From the IMG/VR virus record IMGVR_UViG_2630968832_000007, positions 2,735-66,734 of that record: a stretch of 64,000 nt of DNA. One strand, written 5' to 3'. This DNA comes from a virus (lineage: Duplodnaviria; Caudoviricetes). Below are positions 29,937 through 39,164 of this stretch, in pieces. The notes under the pieces are model-generated. The model had not been told where the DNA came from and did no database searches. It saw only the letters and a list, made by a program, of their open reading frames with translations. The position numbers and the translations under genes are program-made. Position 1 is the stretch's first letter, and every line of letters begins with the position of its first letter.

Positions 29937-29994
29937 ACTAAAAAAGCCCCGGCACGAACCGGGGCGGTAAAGGAAAAATTACTACATTGCACGC

Positions 29995-30240
29995 ATGAAG
30001 AGGAAACTTACTATGCGCCTGATTGTCAGCCGAAAAAACGGCGAAATATTACAAGTGCTGGAACCCGTCAGCGATGTGGATTATTCACTGTATCAGAGGA
30101 TACTTGCTGAGCAGGTGCGGCAGAAGATTCAAAGATATTGCAAAAACGTCTTATCCTCAACAGTACAAACTTGTAACTTGAGGACACGACACGAAATGGA
30201 GGGACTATCTCATGATGTATCCATTTATGACGCTGAATGA
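29995..30240 (+). CDS. Hypothetical protein
   Basis: 81-aa ORF in the accessory cluster. Confidence 0.4.
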   Translation: MKRKLTMRLIVSRKNGEILQVLEPVSDVDYSLYQRILAEQVRQKIQRYCKNVLSSTVQTCNLRTRHEMEGLSHDVSIYDAE

Positions 30241-30490
30241 TGGCACGGAAATCGTGCATTCGGAAAGCCGTCTCGTCGATGGCTCGGAAAACGTCAAAGT
30301 TTATTTTGAGCGGCCCGTGAATGGCGGGTTCGATTCTGCAGAATGCTATCTTCCCAGCTACGAATGGAAAAATATTGTCGGATACTCCGATAAGGAAATT
30401 CAATACTTTCAGGAGTTCTTAGAATCCACTGCACACATCATTATCGGCCTCGCGCGGGAAGGTGGGTTTGATAATGCCGCAAATATTTAG
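30212..30490 (+). CDS. Acidic small protein, probable partner of the DUF4160 protein
   Basis: MMYPFMTLNDGTEIVHSE; GGAGG RBS; overlaps the next gene. Confidence 0.65.
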   Translation: MMYPFMTLNDGTEIVHSESRLVDGSENVKVYFERPVNGGFDSAECYLPSYEWKNIVGYSDKEIQYFQEFLESTAHIIIGLAREGGFDNAANI

Positions 30491-30752
30491 AATTGGGCCG
30501 TATCTCATTTATTTCTGGACAAATGAGGGTGTCCCGCTCGAACCTGTTCACGTTCATGTCTCCGAGGGAATCCCGTCCAGTAACGCCACAAAGGTTTGGA
30601 TCACCAAAACAGGAAAATGCCTTCTGGCGAATAACAATTCGAAAATCCCAACAAAAACCCTTCGAGTTGTTCTGAGCATTCTCGAGGCTCGCAGTTGTGA
30701 AATTATTGAAAAGTGGGTCGATTACTTCGGCCAACCAAAATACTTTTGCTGA
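30474..30752 (+). CDS. DUF4160-family protein (putative TA toxin)
   Basis: MPQIFRIGPYLIYFWTNE..PLEPVHVHV...TKVWI...IIEKW..YF. Confidence 0.75.
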   Translation: MPQIFRIGPYLIYFWTNEGVPLEPVHVHVSEGIPSSNATKVWITKTGKCLLANNNSKIPTKTLRVVLSILEARSCEIIEKWVDYFGQPKYFC

Positions 30753-30767
30753 CGAGGAGGACGCATT

Positions 30768-31139
30768 ATGTCAGAACAGAAAAAGTGGGAAGATTCATTC
30801 ACTCGAACAATGAACTTGGAAATGAACTCTGTAACAGCACGGGCAGATTTCCTGATTCCTGTCGATAAATCCCTTGAGCCGTTTTACAGCGTTGACGACA
30901 TAATCATGATACAGTCGCAGCCCGATGTTTTTGAGGGCGAACAGGGGATGTTCCTGATTGACGGAAAACCTTTCGTAAAAATCCGTCGGAAAGATCATCT
31001 TGAATCGCTGCAGCCTCATATCCCACCCGTTCCCCTCGGTCCCAATGTGGTGTGTAAAGGGAAAGTAATTGGAGTGGTCGCACCAGAGTGGATTGAAAGT
31101 GAACTAAAACCGCTATCTACGTCCGGGGACGAAAAATAA
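30768..31139 (+). CDS. Stand-alone S24 peptidase-like domain, no HTH
   Basis: DKSLEPFY..DDIIMI...GEQGMFLIDGKPFVK...GKVIG. Confidence 0.65.
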   Translation: MSEQKKWEDSFTRTMNLEMNSVTARADFLIPVDKSLEPFYSVDDIIMIQSQPDVFEGEQGMFLIDGKPFVKIRRKDHLESLQPHIPPVPLGPNVVCKGKVIGVVAPEWIESELKPLSTSGDEK

Positions 31140-31248
31140 AAAACGCCCCGGTGCGCTACCACCGAAGCGTTTAAATAGAACAGCTTACCACAGAGGTGGC
31201 AATCCGCCCGACAATCGGATTATACCACCTCCGGGGTAGGCTTGGCAA
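31134..31248 (-). promoter_or_regulatory. Antisense promoter and terminator upstream of integrase 1
   Basis: TTGCCA(31248-31243)-18-TATAAT(31224-31219) with extended TG; hairpin plus T-run at 31134-31172. Confidence 0.55.
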
Positions 31249-31270
31249 GTCATACCTTGGAGGTGCTTTT

Positions 31271-32713
31271 TTGCAGGATTTATTGCCTACCGCGATTTAC
31301 GTTCGAGTGTCCAGCGAGATGCAAGCCGGCGAGGACCGTTACAGTATTCCGGAACAGATCGACCGCCTGCACAAATACTGCGACGCGCAAGGGTGGACCA
31401 TTGCCAAAGAATATGTAGATCCTGGGCACAGTGGAAGCAATTTGAAACGGCCCGCCATTCAGGAGCTGATTTCAGACGCCAAAAATGGTTTCATTCGCCG
31501 CGTTGTGGTTTTCAAATTGGATAGGTTGTCACGCTCACAACGTGACACCATGTATTTGATAGAGGACGTTTTCAAGGCTCACGATGTTGCCTTCGTTTCC
31601 CTTTCAGAAATGTTTGACACGTCCACTCCATTCGGCATGGCCATGATTGGGATTCTCTCTGTTTTCGCGCAGCTGGAGCGGGAAAACATTAAGGACCGTA
31701 TGAGCATGGGGCGTCTCGGCCGCGCCAAGCGCGGTCTGTGGCGCGGCGGCAGTAATACTCCTGTTGGATATGACTTCATGGATGGACAGCTCGTGATAAA
31801 CGAATATGAGGCTTTGCAAGTACGCGAAATCTTCCGTCTCTTCATTGATGAACAGTTGTCGTTCCATGCTGTATCCAGAGAAATGCAAAGTCGATTCACC
31901 AACAAGTACAGCACATACAACGATTCCGGATCCATCTCCACGATTCTCCGCAACCGCCTATACATCGGTAAAATAAAATACGGCACACAAGAATTTGATG
32001 GACAGCATCAACCTATTATCGACCGTGAAACCTTCGAGCGAGCACAGGCGCGAATTGAAGAAATCAGTCGAAATACCGGAGAGCATTGGAAGAACCCATA
32101 CCACGGCAAACACCTGCTCTCTGGTTTGATTTGGTGCGGGAATTGCGGCGCGCGTTATTTTTGTGTGACCACTAAAAGAAAGAACGGTCCGCAGTATAGG
32201 TATTACCAGTGTTACACCAGAAACGGAAGCAGTGATATGCGTAAAGCCGACTTCTGCAAAAATCCCAACTGGCGCGTGGAAAAATTGAATGCAGCAGTCA
32301 TGGAGGAGATTCGCCGGCTTTGCACGGACGAAAAATATTTCAATCGAATTGCCCGCGACGGTAAAAAGGAAAATAATAACGCCGGAAAGGAAAAGGCATT
32401 ACAGAGGGAACTTTCCAGTATCGAAAAGCAAATCAGTCGTTTGGTTGAACTGTACCAAATGGGAGTATCCGTGCAGGACATCGCCACGCGCATCCACGAC
32501 GCGCAGGAGCGCAAGAACAAGCTCACGCAAGAACTTTTATCGCTGAATCAACAAAGCCCTAAAAACAGGCGTCAAGAGGCTCTCACGTACATCCATGAAT
32601 TGAAGTGGTGTTTAGATGCGGATGACGTTGCAGCCCAGCGCCGCCTGCTGGATGCTCTGGTGAATAAGATAGTGATAACCGAGGGGGGATTCGAAGTTGA
32701 TTGGAAATTTTGA
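31271..32713 (+). CDS. Large serine recombinase (integrase of prophage 1)
   Basis: TTG start after GGAGGTG; AIYVRVSS, DPGHSG, VFKLDRLSR, recombinase domain, CGNCG zinc ribbon, coiled coil. Confidence 0.95.
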   Translation: MQDLLPTAIYVRVSSEMQAGEDRYSIPEQIDRLHKYCDAQGWTIAKEYVDPGHSGSNLKRPAIQELISDAKNGFIRRVVVFKLDRLSRSQRDTMYLIEDVFKAHDVAFVSLSEMFDTSTPFGMAMIGILSVFAQLERENIKDRMSMGRLGRAKRGLWRGGSNTPVGYDFMDGQLVINEYEALQVREIFRLFIDEQLSFHAVSREMQSRFTNKYSTYNDSGSISTILRNRLYIGKIKYGTQEFDGQHQPIIDRETFERAQARIEEISRNTGEHWKNPYHGKHLLSGLIWCGNCGARYFCVTTKRKNGPQYRYYQCYTRNGSSDMRKADFCKNPNWRVEKLNAAVMEEIRRLCTDEKYFNRIARDGKKENNNAGKEKALQRELSSIEKQISRLVELYQMGVSVQDIATRIHDAQERKNKLTQELLSLNQQSPKNRRQEALTYIHELKWCLDADDVAAQRRLLDALVNKIVITEGGFEVDWKF

Positions 32714-32740
32714 GCAAGTTTATACGAATTGTGGGTATGG

Positions 32741-32848
32741 ATGAATCCCTGCCCATGCGGCTATTTTGGGCACCCCACCCGCGCGTGCAGCTGCACGCCC
32801 TATGCCATTGAGCGCTATCTGCAGCGCGTTTCCGGTCCGCTGCTGGAC
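32741..32848 (+). pseudogene. comM: Internal 36-codon remnant of host comM/yifB (Mg-chelatase-like AAA+ ATPase), cut at both ends by phage insertions
   Basis: [36 protein letters not shown] matches the ComM/YifB motifs AAMNPCPCG and SGPLLDR(I/F)D; GC-rich relative to both flanks. Confidence 0.92.
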
Positions 32849-32856
32849 GCTATCGG

Positions 32857-34467
32857 TCACGCACTGACATTCGTAAAATTTTCAGTGTTTTCTCCCCCTT
32901 TATTTCTGTGTTTTCTTTCAATTAATTCACGCATATATTCACTGCCGTCATACAGTGTTATTTTAATTTTGTCATCATATACAGTAACATCATAAACGAA
33001 GTTGCGGATAAACGAATCTGGCAATTTTTCTGGAGATTCAAATTTTGACGCTAAAACTTTTCGCAAATTTACTATTCTTTCATCTTGTTTTCGCGTTATT
33101 TCCTCGACGCCAAAAGCTCCTACCTGTTTACGTTCTAAGTCTGCAATCTGTGAATCGATCTCTTCTTTCTTTGTTTTATACTCATATTTATTCAGAACGC
33201 CATCGACATACAAATCAAGAATTTTTTCCGTTTTTTGCCTAAGGGACCGAACCCGTTGCTCAATATTTTCACTGAAAAGAGTTGGAGCATTTCTTTGTGT
33301 GACAAGTTTGATGTTTGCAATCACAGCTTCAATCGCATCTTTTTCATTGTTTAAAGCTTCAAAAATACATGTCTTAATAATTGGAATGATATCTTCCTCA
33401 AACACTGTTCTTGCATTACAGCCACGTTTTGTACTCTTTCCGTACATCTTGTATTTACGACAAATCCAAATTTCATGTTTAATCTTTGACTTCTGTGTAG
33501 TATACGATGTATGCCACATTATCTCTCCGCATACTCCGCATCTCATCTTACCACTAAGGCAATATGGACCGGAAAAATGTCCAATGTATACCTCTTTTGC
33601 CGCGCCTTTATCTGATTCTATTTTCTTCTTTCGCCTTTCGTTTAGAATATGGTTGGCTTGTTCCCATATTTCTTCCGATACGATCGCTGGTACACCGCCA
33701 GGGATCTCCACCCATTCGTCTTCATCTGTAAATGTAGTTTTCTTGGTATAAAAATCCTTATGAGTTTTTCCGCCAACCAATACGCCTTTATATTTCTCAT
33801 TGCGAATCATACGTTTCAAAACAGAGATTGAAAAGATTGTTCCTGTACTTGATTTGATTCCCATGTCATCTAATTGAGTCACAATTTTGCGAAATCCATT
33901 ACCAGAGACATAGGATGAAAACACAAATCGCACTATTTCGGCTTCTTTTTCATTGATAAACAATTTTCCGTCTTTTTGATCATATCCCCATAATCGGTTA
34001 TTGCCATAAACAGTGCCGCCCTTTTGACTTCGTTTGGCTGCTGATAATATCTTCCTACTTAAATCCTTAGAATATTCTTCTGCCATCATTGCCTTGATTC
34101 CGGTTATGAGCGCATCATCAGGTGTATAAAATGCATGGTCCAAATAAAGATATAACTTCTTTTTAGTTCTATTTAGACGGTCAACAAACAAATACCAATC
34201 CAATACATTACGCATCAAGCGGCTTTGATCCTTAATGACGATGATATCGAATTTGTTTTCGAGCATATCTTCAAATAGCCTATTGTATCCCTCTCGTCCA
34301 TTGCGTGTAGTACCAGACTTTCCCTCGTCATAATAGTGATCGACTAAAACCCAATCTTCATGCGAATTAATGAATGCTTCAAGTTCTTCTCTCTGTTTTT
34401 TTAATGCATTTATTTGTTTCTCTTCCTCGGTTGAAACTCTCGCATAATAAACTGCTTTTTTCGTAAT
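32857..34467 (-). CDS. Large serine recombinase (integrase of prophage 2)
   Basis: Frame extends beyond the ORF-track start to include the catalytic [12 protein letters not shown]; inferred ATT start at 34467 after GGAGGT; [14 protein letters not shown] zinc ribbon. Confidence 0.92.
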   Translation of the reverse strand: MTKKAVYYARVSTEEEKQINALKKQREELEAFINSHEDWVLVDHYYDEGKSGTTRNGREGYNRLFEDMLENKFDIIVIKDQSRLMRNVLDWYLFVDRLNRTKKKLYLYLDHAFYTPDDALITGIKAMMAEEYSKDLSRKILSAAKRSQKGGTVYGNNRLWGYDQKDGKLFINEKEAEIVRFVFSSYVSGNGFRKIVTQLDDMGIKSSTGTIFSISVLKRMIRNEKYKGVLVGGKTHKDFYTKKTTFTDEDEWVEIPGGVPAIVSEEIWEQANHILNERRKKKIESDKGAAKEVYIGHFSGPYCLSGKMRCGVCGEIMWHTSYTTQKSKIKHEIWICRKYKMYGKSTKRGCNARTVFEEDIIPIIKTCIFEALNNEKDAIEAVIANIKLVTQRNAPTLFSENIEQRVRSLRQKTEKILDLYVDGVLNKYEYKTKKEEIDSQIADLERKQVGAFGVEEITRKQDERIVNLRKVLASKFESPEKLPDSFIRNFVYDVTVYDDKIKITLYDGSEYMRELIERKHRNKGGENTENFTNVSA

Positions 34468-34509
34468 ACCACCTCCAAAAATTATGTATCTATATATAGA
34501 ATTATTATT

Positions 34510-34665
34510 TTATTGTTTGTGTATTACGGGACAATTTTTTGGCTTTAACTCTTCACGACAAAATCTATACTCAGATTCTGATATCAATTTTTCATTTAGT
34601 AAAAAGTCAAGCAATGATAGCTCGGTTTTATACAAATTATCTTCTGATGTTTTGATCTCTCCTAT
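34510..34665 (-). CDS. Small SHOCT-like protein upstream of the integrase (candidate directionality factor)
   Basis: Hand translation: IKTSEDNLYKTELSLLDFLLNEKLISESEYRFCREEL...; start codon uncertain (ATA/ATC). Confidence 0.45.
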   Translation of the reverse strand: MGEIKTSEDNLYKTELSLLDFLLNEKLISESEYRFCREELKPKNCPVIHKQ

Positions 34666-34674
34666 AACCTTTCC

Positions 34675-34716
34675 TTTTTTATTCGCCCCGTGTTATTTAC
34701 ACGGGGCATTTTTTTA
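34675..34716. terminator. Intrinsic terminator-like hairpin
   Basis: GCCCCGTGT-TATTT-ACACGGGGC with a T-run. Confidence 0.6.
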
Positions 34717-34863
34717 TAAGTTGCTTTCTTTTAAACTTGAATCTATAATAAACTGCGAACAGTCCTTATATAAAAAACCATATTGTTGAATCCATCAAAT
34801 AGCCACATAAGAACTGTTCACAGATCAAAATATTAACACAAACTCACTCGGCTAGTAGAACGC

Positions 34864-35298
34864 TCATTTTCCAGTGCTTCCGAACCCATCGGCACCACGC
34901 TCTGTTTTCCCCAATTCGTCAACTTCAACAAATTCTCCATCAAGTGTTTTGATAAAGGCAAGCTGTGCGATCCTATCACCTTTTATAATGTAACGTGTTT
35001 CCCCACTGTCGTTGTATACAGGCACCAAATATTCACCAGTATAATCATTGTCACATATCCCCACACAGTTAGCTGGACGAAGCCCTTGCTTCGCAGCTAG
35101 GCCGCTTCGAGCGAAAATAAAACCAGCATGGTAAGGCGGCGGCTTGATCGCAATGCCAGTTCCAACTTTTACCGTTTCTCCGGGTTTGATCATTGCGTCT
35201 GTAACAGCATAAAGGTCATAAGCATTTGCCCCGTCTGACCCCTTCGTCGGGATTTTTGCATCCGGGCGCAACTTCTTACAGTAAAATGCGTATTTCAT
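34864..35298 (-). CDS. dut: dUTPase
   Basis: AYDL, RSGLA, GICDNDYTGE, GDRIAQL, RGADGFGSTG. Confidence 0.95.
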   Translation of the reverse strand: MKYAFYCKKLRPDAKIPTKGSDGANAYDLYAVTDAMIKPGETVKVGTGIAIKPPPYHAGFIFARSGLAAKQGLRPANCVGICDNDYTGEYLVPVYNDSGETRYIIKGDRIAQLAFIKTLDGEFVEVDELGKTERGADGFGSTGK

Positions 35299-35465
35299 TT
35301 TGTTCCTCTTTTCGTTTGTTGTTTTTATTTCTTTATTGATGGCATTCTGTTATCAAGGAGCCTTTGTGCCTAATCGCCAGTGATTGATTTCATTCACAAA
35401 CCCGCTTTGAAAAAACAGAAGCGGCGTCTGCGACGAAACAGCGAAATAGAACAAAGGAGGAAATG

Positions 35466-35661
35466 TGTGAATATCATATTCGCAACCTGCAACTTTGGAA
35501 TATTTGGTTTAATCGTTTTGTTTGTCGTGCTTTTAGCACGGCATCTGGCGGTTAGCCAGGTACTCAAAGCTGATCGTGATGAAATCAGTTTTGAAGATAA
35601 GTTGTTTGGGTTTACCTTTACAGCCAAAGGTAGACCCAGGCGGCATAAGCCAAAGCGTTGA
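35466..35661 (+). CDS. Small membrane protein (opposite-strand moron)
   Basis: AAAGGAGG-6-GTG start; hydrophobic N-terminus, basic tail; downstream hairpin and T-run. Confidence 0.5.
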
Positions 35662-35765
35662 GGTCATCGACGGCACGGCAGTCTATTTTCTACTGCCGGA
35701 ATTTTTTTTGCCAAAGTGAGACTGCAGAGTATAACACCCACACATTCCTCTCAAGGAATAGGTTA

Positions 35766-36245
35766 TTAATTCGGGTGAGTTTTTTTCACGAACCTATCGT
35801 TCATGAGGTCACATATCTCACCATTTGCAACTCTAAAAAATTTTTGGTTCGTCGTACTTGAATCAAGGCCACCAAGTGTTTTTATATATGGCCCTATTTT
35901 AAGATAATCTAGCAAATGCAAGATCGTTTTAAAGATGCTGACATCTTCTGCACCAGAATAGACACATGTCTTCAGGCCCTGTGCCTTGACTTTTTCCAAA
36001 AGAAATTTCAAATCATCCATTGCCTGGTCCCCTCCCATGAAGCACACACAGGTGATGAGGCTGCTATGCTTGTCAAGGAGTTTATCGATATCGTCATCTA
36101 CAAAATCTCCAAAATCATTTGCAAGATATGAAGAATGGCATTCGCTGCAATGATACGGACAATTTGTTATGTTAATTGCCAAACTAATTTCGCCTGGCAC
36201 CTCTTGAAACACAATGTCGTATCCAGCATATTTAAGCTTTTGCAT
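35766..36245 (-). CDS. nrdG: Anaerobic RNR activase (radical SAM)
   Basis: FQEVPGEISL, CPYHCSECHS, FMGGD, TTNQKF. Confidence 0.92.
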   Translation of the reverse strand: MQKLKYAGYDIVFQEVPGEISLAINITNCPYHCSECHSSYLANDFGDFVDDDIDKLLDKHSSLITCVCFMGGDQAMDDLKFLLEKVKAQGLKTCVYSGAEDVSIFKTILHLLDYLKIGPYIKTLGGLDSSTTNQKFFRVANGEICDLMNDRFVKKTHPN

Positions 36246-38076
36246 AATATCGCTTTTTTGCTTCTTTCTGACGCGCTTCAGAGAAATTTGAAACACGTTT
36301 CAAATATCCAATTACGCGCGTCGCGTAATCTATATTTTTGCTTCCACATTTTTCACAGTGGTCAAGATGATGTTTGCTGATGTGGCCACAGTCATTGCAA
36401 ATTGTATTTGGCACGTTTACTGTCCAATAAGAACAACCGGTTTTAATTGCCACCTTCATCAGGTGTTTGTACTGCTCCTTAGAAAGGTGTTCATCTAAAT
36501 TAAGATGAAGCGCCGCGCCTCCATCCAAGTTTCCTGTCATCGTTTTACCATGCAGAATGAACTTGTCAATCGGAGTTGTGTCAACATCATCCACTAAATA
36601 GAAATAACTATTGTAACATTCTCTGGGAGAGAAATACCCATCCTCTTTGTCCCATTTAGAGTTTTTCACCCCAAGGTTTTCAGCCGGCACATATTCCGTG
36701 TTGAACATAACATCGGATGTACGCGCGGCTTTATTCTTCTGATAAATCACCGACAACAATTCGTTTACAAAATTACAGTACTCATTGTCGTCGGGGCTGA
36801 TACTGTAACCAAGGTATTCAGCGCCCTCTACAAGTCCATTAATTCCGATTGTCAAGAACTGCTTTTCCAGAGATATATAGCCAGCGTCATATACCGGCAG
36901 TAATTTCGCATTAAACGAGTCCTGCAACAACGCATCGTATGCCAGCAAATACTTGTGGACATCATCAACCTGTCCAGAAAGAGCCACCTTGATATCCTTG
37001 TCGTTTCTTACTGCATTTTGAATAAGACGGTTCATATTGATTGTAATGACACATTTAGAACCAGTTGATACACCGCCAGCGCCAAGAGTAAATGAAAATG
37101 TATTGTCCTGCAGTTCATTTCTTAGCCGACAGCATGATGCCAGCGAATCAACGCTACTGCTATGATAATTGAAGAAGCTGTGGCCTTCCGAAAGCATCTC
37201 GGCTGCAAAGTCAGCCCATTCTGTGTCGACATAGTTTTCTCCGTTGTCTAATAGATTTAGCGTCTCAACGGGGAATGTGAGTATCTGTTTGCACCTTTCT
37301 TTATTGAACCATTTCATGAATCGTTTTTGCAACCATGAAACAGAGTCCCACTTCATTGTACTTCCATCCGGAAATACAAAATTTTCAAAGAGGCCATTAA
37401 AATATGGCTTATCAAAATATGCAATATTCCAAAATATACTCTGAAAACTCCTCGCTGCCGCAGGCTGATTCAACGAATAAACGATCTGTTCAAACTTGTC
37501 GCAAATCACCTTGTCAATTGTCCTTCTGCGCGAAGAAAGATCCACTACCGTGTCTGCGTGCAGATAATAATCGTCGCCATATTCTTTGCGCACAAAATAA
37601 TCCATATAGGACAAGAACTCTGGCGTAGAAACCGCGCCTGCAAATTGCGATGCAATCGCAAAACACAAATTGATGAATGATCCAGCAAATGAATCAAGAT
37701 TGTGCGGCGCGCCACTTCCGCCTCCCAGATTACGCAGCCCGTCGAACAGGAATGGATACATTGTAATGCTTACGCAATACGGAAGTAACGGATTTGTTTC
37801 ATCATGCTTATAAATCTCGTGATTTTCCAGTTGATCAATGTACCGTTCCGCATATTTTTCACCAAACATTTCTGCCAGCTTCTGATACATCCGCAATCGA
37901 TTAATGCCAATACCGTCTTTTTTATACAACTCACCAGTAAGTGTCGTAACATTTTTATTTTCAACATTTGCATTAGCATCCACTTTACTACCTGAAGCAG
38001 CATTCAAAGAACAACTGTATTCTTTGATATAGTCAAGATATGGTTGATATCTTCTTAATTCCTTTTTGTAGTTCAT
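36232..38076 (-). CDS. nrdD: Anaerobic (class III) ribonucleoside-triphosphate reductase lacking an ATP cone
   Basis: SCCRL, PAENLG, CNDCG...CEKCGS, TRVIGYL glycyl-radical loop. Confidence 0.95.
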   Translation of the reverse strand: MNYKKELRRYQPYLDYIKEYSCSLNAASGSKVDANANVENKNVTTLTGELYKKDGIGINRLRMYQKLAEMFGEKYAERYIDQLENHEIYKHDETNPLLPYCVSITMYPFLFDGLRNLGGGSGAPHNLDSFAGSFINLCFAIASQFAGAVSTPEFLSYMDYFVRKEYGDDYYLHADTVVDLSSRRRTIDKVICDKFEQIVYSLNQPAAARSFQSIFWNIAYFDKPYFNGLFENFVFPDGSTMKWDSVSWLQKRFMKWFNKERCKQILTFPVETLNLLDNGENYVDTEWADFAAEMLSEGHSFFNYHSSSVDSLASCCRLRNELQDNTFSFTLGAGGVSTGSKCVITINMNRLIQNAVRNDKDIKVALSGQVDDVHKYLLAYDALLQDSFNAKLLPVYDAGYISLEKQFLTIGINGLVEGAEYLGYSISPDDNEYCNFVNELLSVIYQKNKAARTSDVMFNTEYVPAENLGVKNSKWDKEDGYFSPRECYNSYFYLVDDVDTTPIDKFILHGKTMTGNLDGGAALHLNLDEHLSKEQYKHLMKVAIKTGCSYWTVNVPNTICNDCGHISKHHLDHCEKCGSKNIDYATRVIGYLKRVSNFSEARQKEAKKRYYAKA

Positions 38077-38279
38077 GCCTCTATTCCCTTTACCCATTGA
38101 AATGCGCTCTTAAAGTCCATTATATTGCCATCAACTTCAAGACACGGTACAGACATAATCCCCTTGCTGTTCATTACATCTATGTCATTACACTCTTCGT
38201 ATTCAATTTTCGCTCGAGTCATCATATTTTCAAGTATCCGACATTGGGGACAACGCGTTGAGTAAAACACGATCTTCAT
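38073..38279 (-). CDS. Glutaredoxin/NrdH-like redoxin
   Basis: CPQC and SVPCLEVDG. Confidence 0.8.
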   Translation of the reverse strand: MKIVFYSTRCPQCRILENMMTRAKIEYEECNDIDVMNSKGIMSVPCLEVDGNIMDFKSAFQWVKGIEA

Positions 38280-38497
38280 TTTTCACCACCACCTTTCAGT
38301 CTATTGATCTCATAATCTATATAAAACCTAGCCTTTTCAAGATCCTCTACGGTTTTAGACGGATCTTTGCGGCCGGCGCGGGCTATGTATTTTATCGCAT
38401 TACCAAGCTGAAAGTTCAGCCTCCAATCATTTATTACATCTATGACTTCGTACTTTCCAATATTGTAATGAGACGGGTGCTCTACTGTATTACTCAG
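38276..38497 (-). CDS. DUF3310-family phage protein
   Basis: Hand translation: VEHPSHYN..KYEVID...GNAIKYIARAGRK...EDLEKARFY; inferred CTG start after AAGGGAG. Confidence 0.8.
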   Translation of the reverse strand: MSNTVEHPSHYNIGKYEVIDVINDWRLNFQLGNAIKYIARAGRKDPSKTVEDLEKARFYIDYEINRLKGGGEK

Positions 38498-39143
38498 CCC
38501 TGTACACTCCCTTCAGTGTAAGATGTCTGCCGCAGCTCTTATGTTCTGGACAGAACGGATAATCCACATGCGTTTCGCACTTTGGACGAAGCATTTCATC
38601 CGCCTGCGGCATGACATCCACAATAAGCTTGCGCATTTCTTTTGCTACCTCTCTGATTTCCCACTGCGCACGATTGCAAAGACGTTCGCGCATGAAGTTA
38701 ATCAAGCTTCTCAGATTCATTGTCACATAGATCGTAGTGACACAGGCATTGGGTAAAATATAACGCGCATCCTCCGCAGGCCTGCCCATGCTGTTTTTTA
38801 AATGCACATATTCATCCAGTGCATTTTCAATTGAGTCATGATACGATGACAGTTCGATTGAAGGAGGAGTTACATATTCAAATCCATCCTCGTCGCAATA
38901 CCGTTGACTGCGCTGAGAATAGCTCGCCATACGATGGCGCACAAGCTGATGACTACACGCACGCGATATACCGCTAATTTTAAAAGTAAAACTCGCATGT
39001 TCAAGCACGCTGTGGTGCCCGCTTCGGTAACACTGCATTACAAGCTTGCATTCTCTAGTCGGTGTACTGTCATAACAAACACTGGCCGCCTGTTCAATAA
39101 CCCATGCTGGGTCTGGTGTGTGTGCAACAAGCTCGACTTCCAA
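38490..39143 (-). CDS. thyX: Flavin-dependent thymidylate synthase
   Basis: GHHSVLEH, RHRMASYSQRSQR, EDARYILP, AQWEIR. Confidence 0.95.
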   Translation of the reverse strand: MEVELVAHTPDPAWVIEQAASVCYDSTPTRECKLVMQCYRSGHHSVLEHASFTFKISGISRACSHQLVRHRMASYSQRSQRYCDEDGFEYVTPPSIELSSYHDSIENALDEYVHLKNSMGRPAEDARYILPNACVTTIYVTMNLRSLINFMRERLCNRAQWEIREVAKEMRKLIVDVMPQADEMLRPKCETHVDYPFCPEHKSCGRHLTLKGVYRAE

Positions 39144-39164
39144 TTACCGTTTCCTCTTTTCTGT

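Larger units (their letters stand above)
1..32743. mobile_element. Prophage 1: temperate siphophage with A118/lambdoid organisation; left end lies outside the window
   Basis: Ordered tail, head, terminase, replication, cI/cro and integrase modules; ends at the junction with the comM remnant. Confidence 0.95.

Noticed and set aside
32729-32995. 88-aa + strand ORF as a real gene
   Set aside because: It is a chimera of phage att sequence, the comM stub and the antisense of integrase 2
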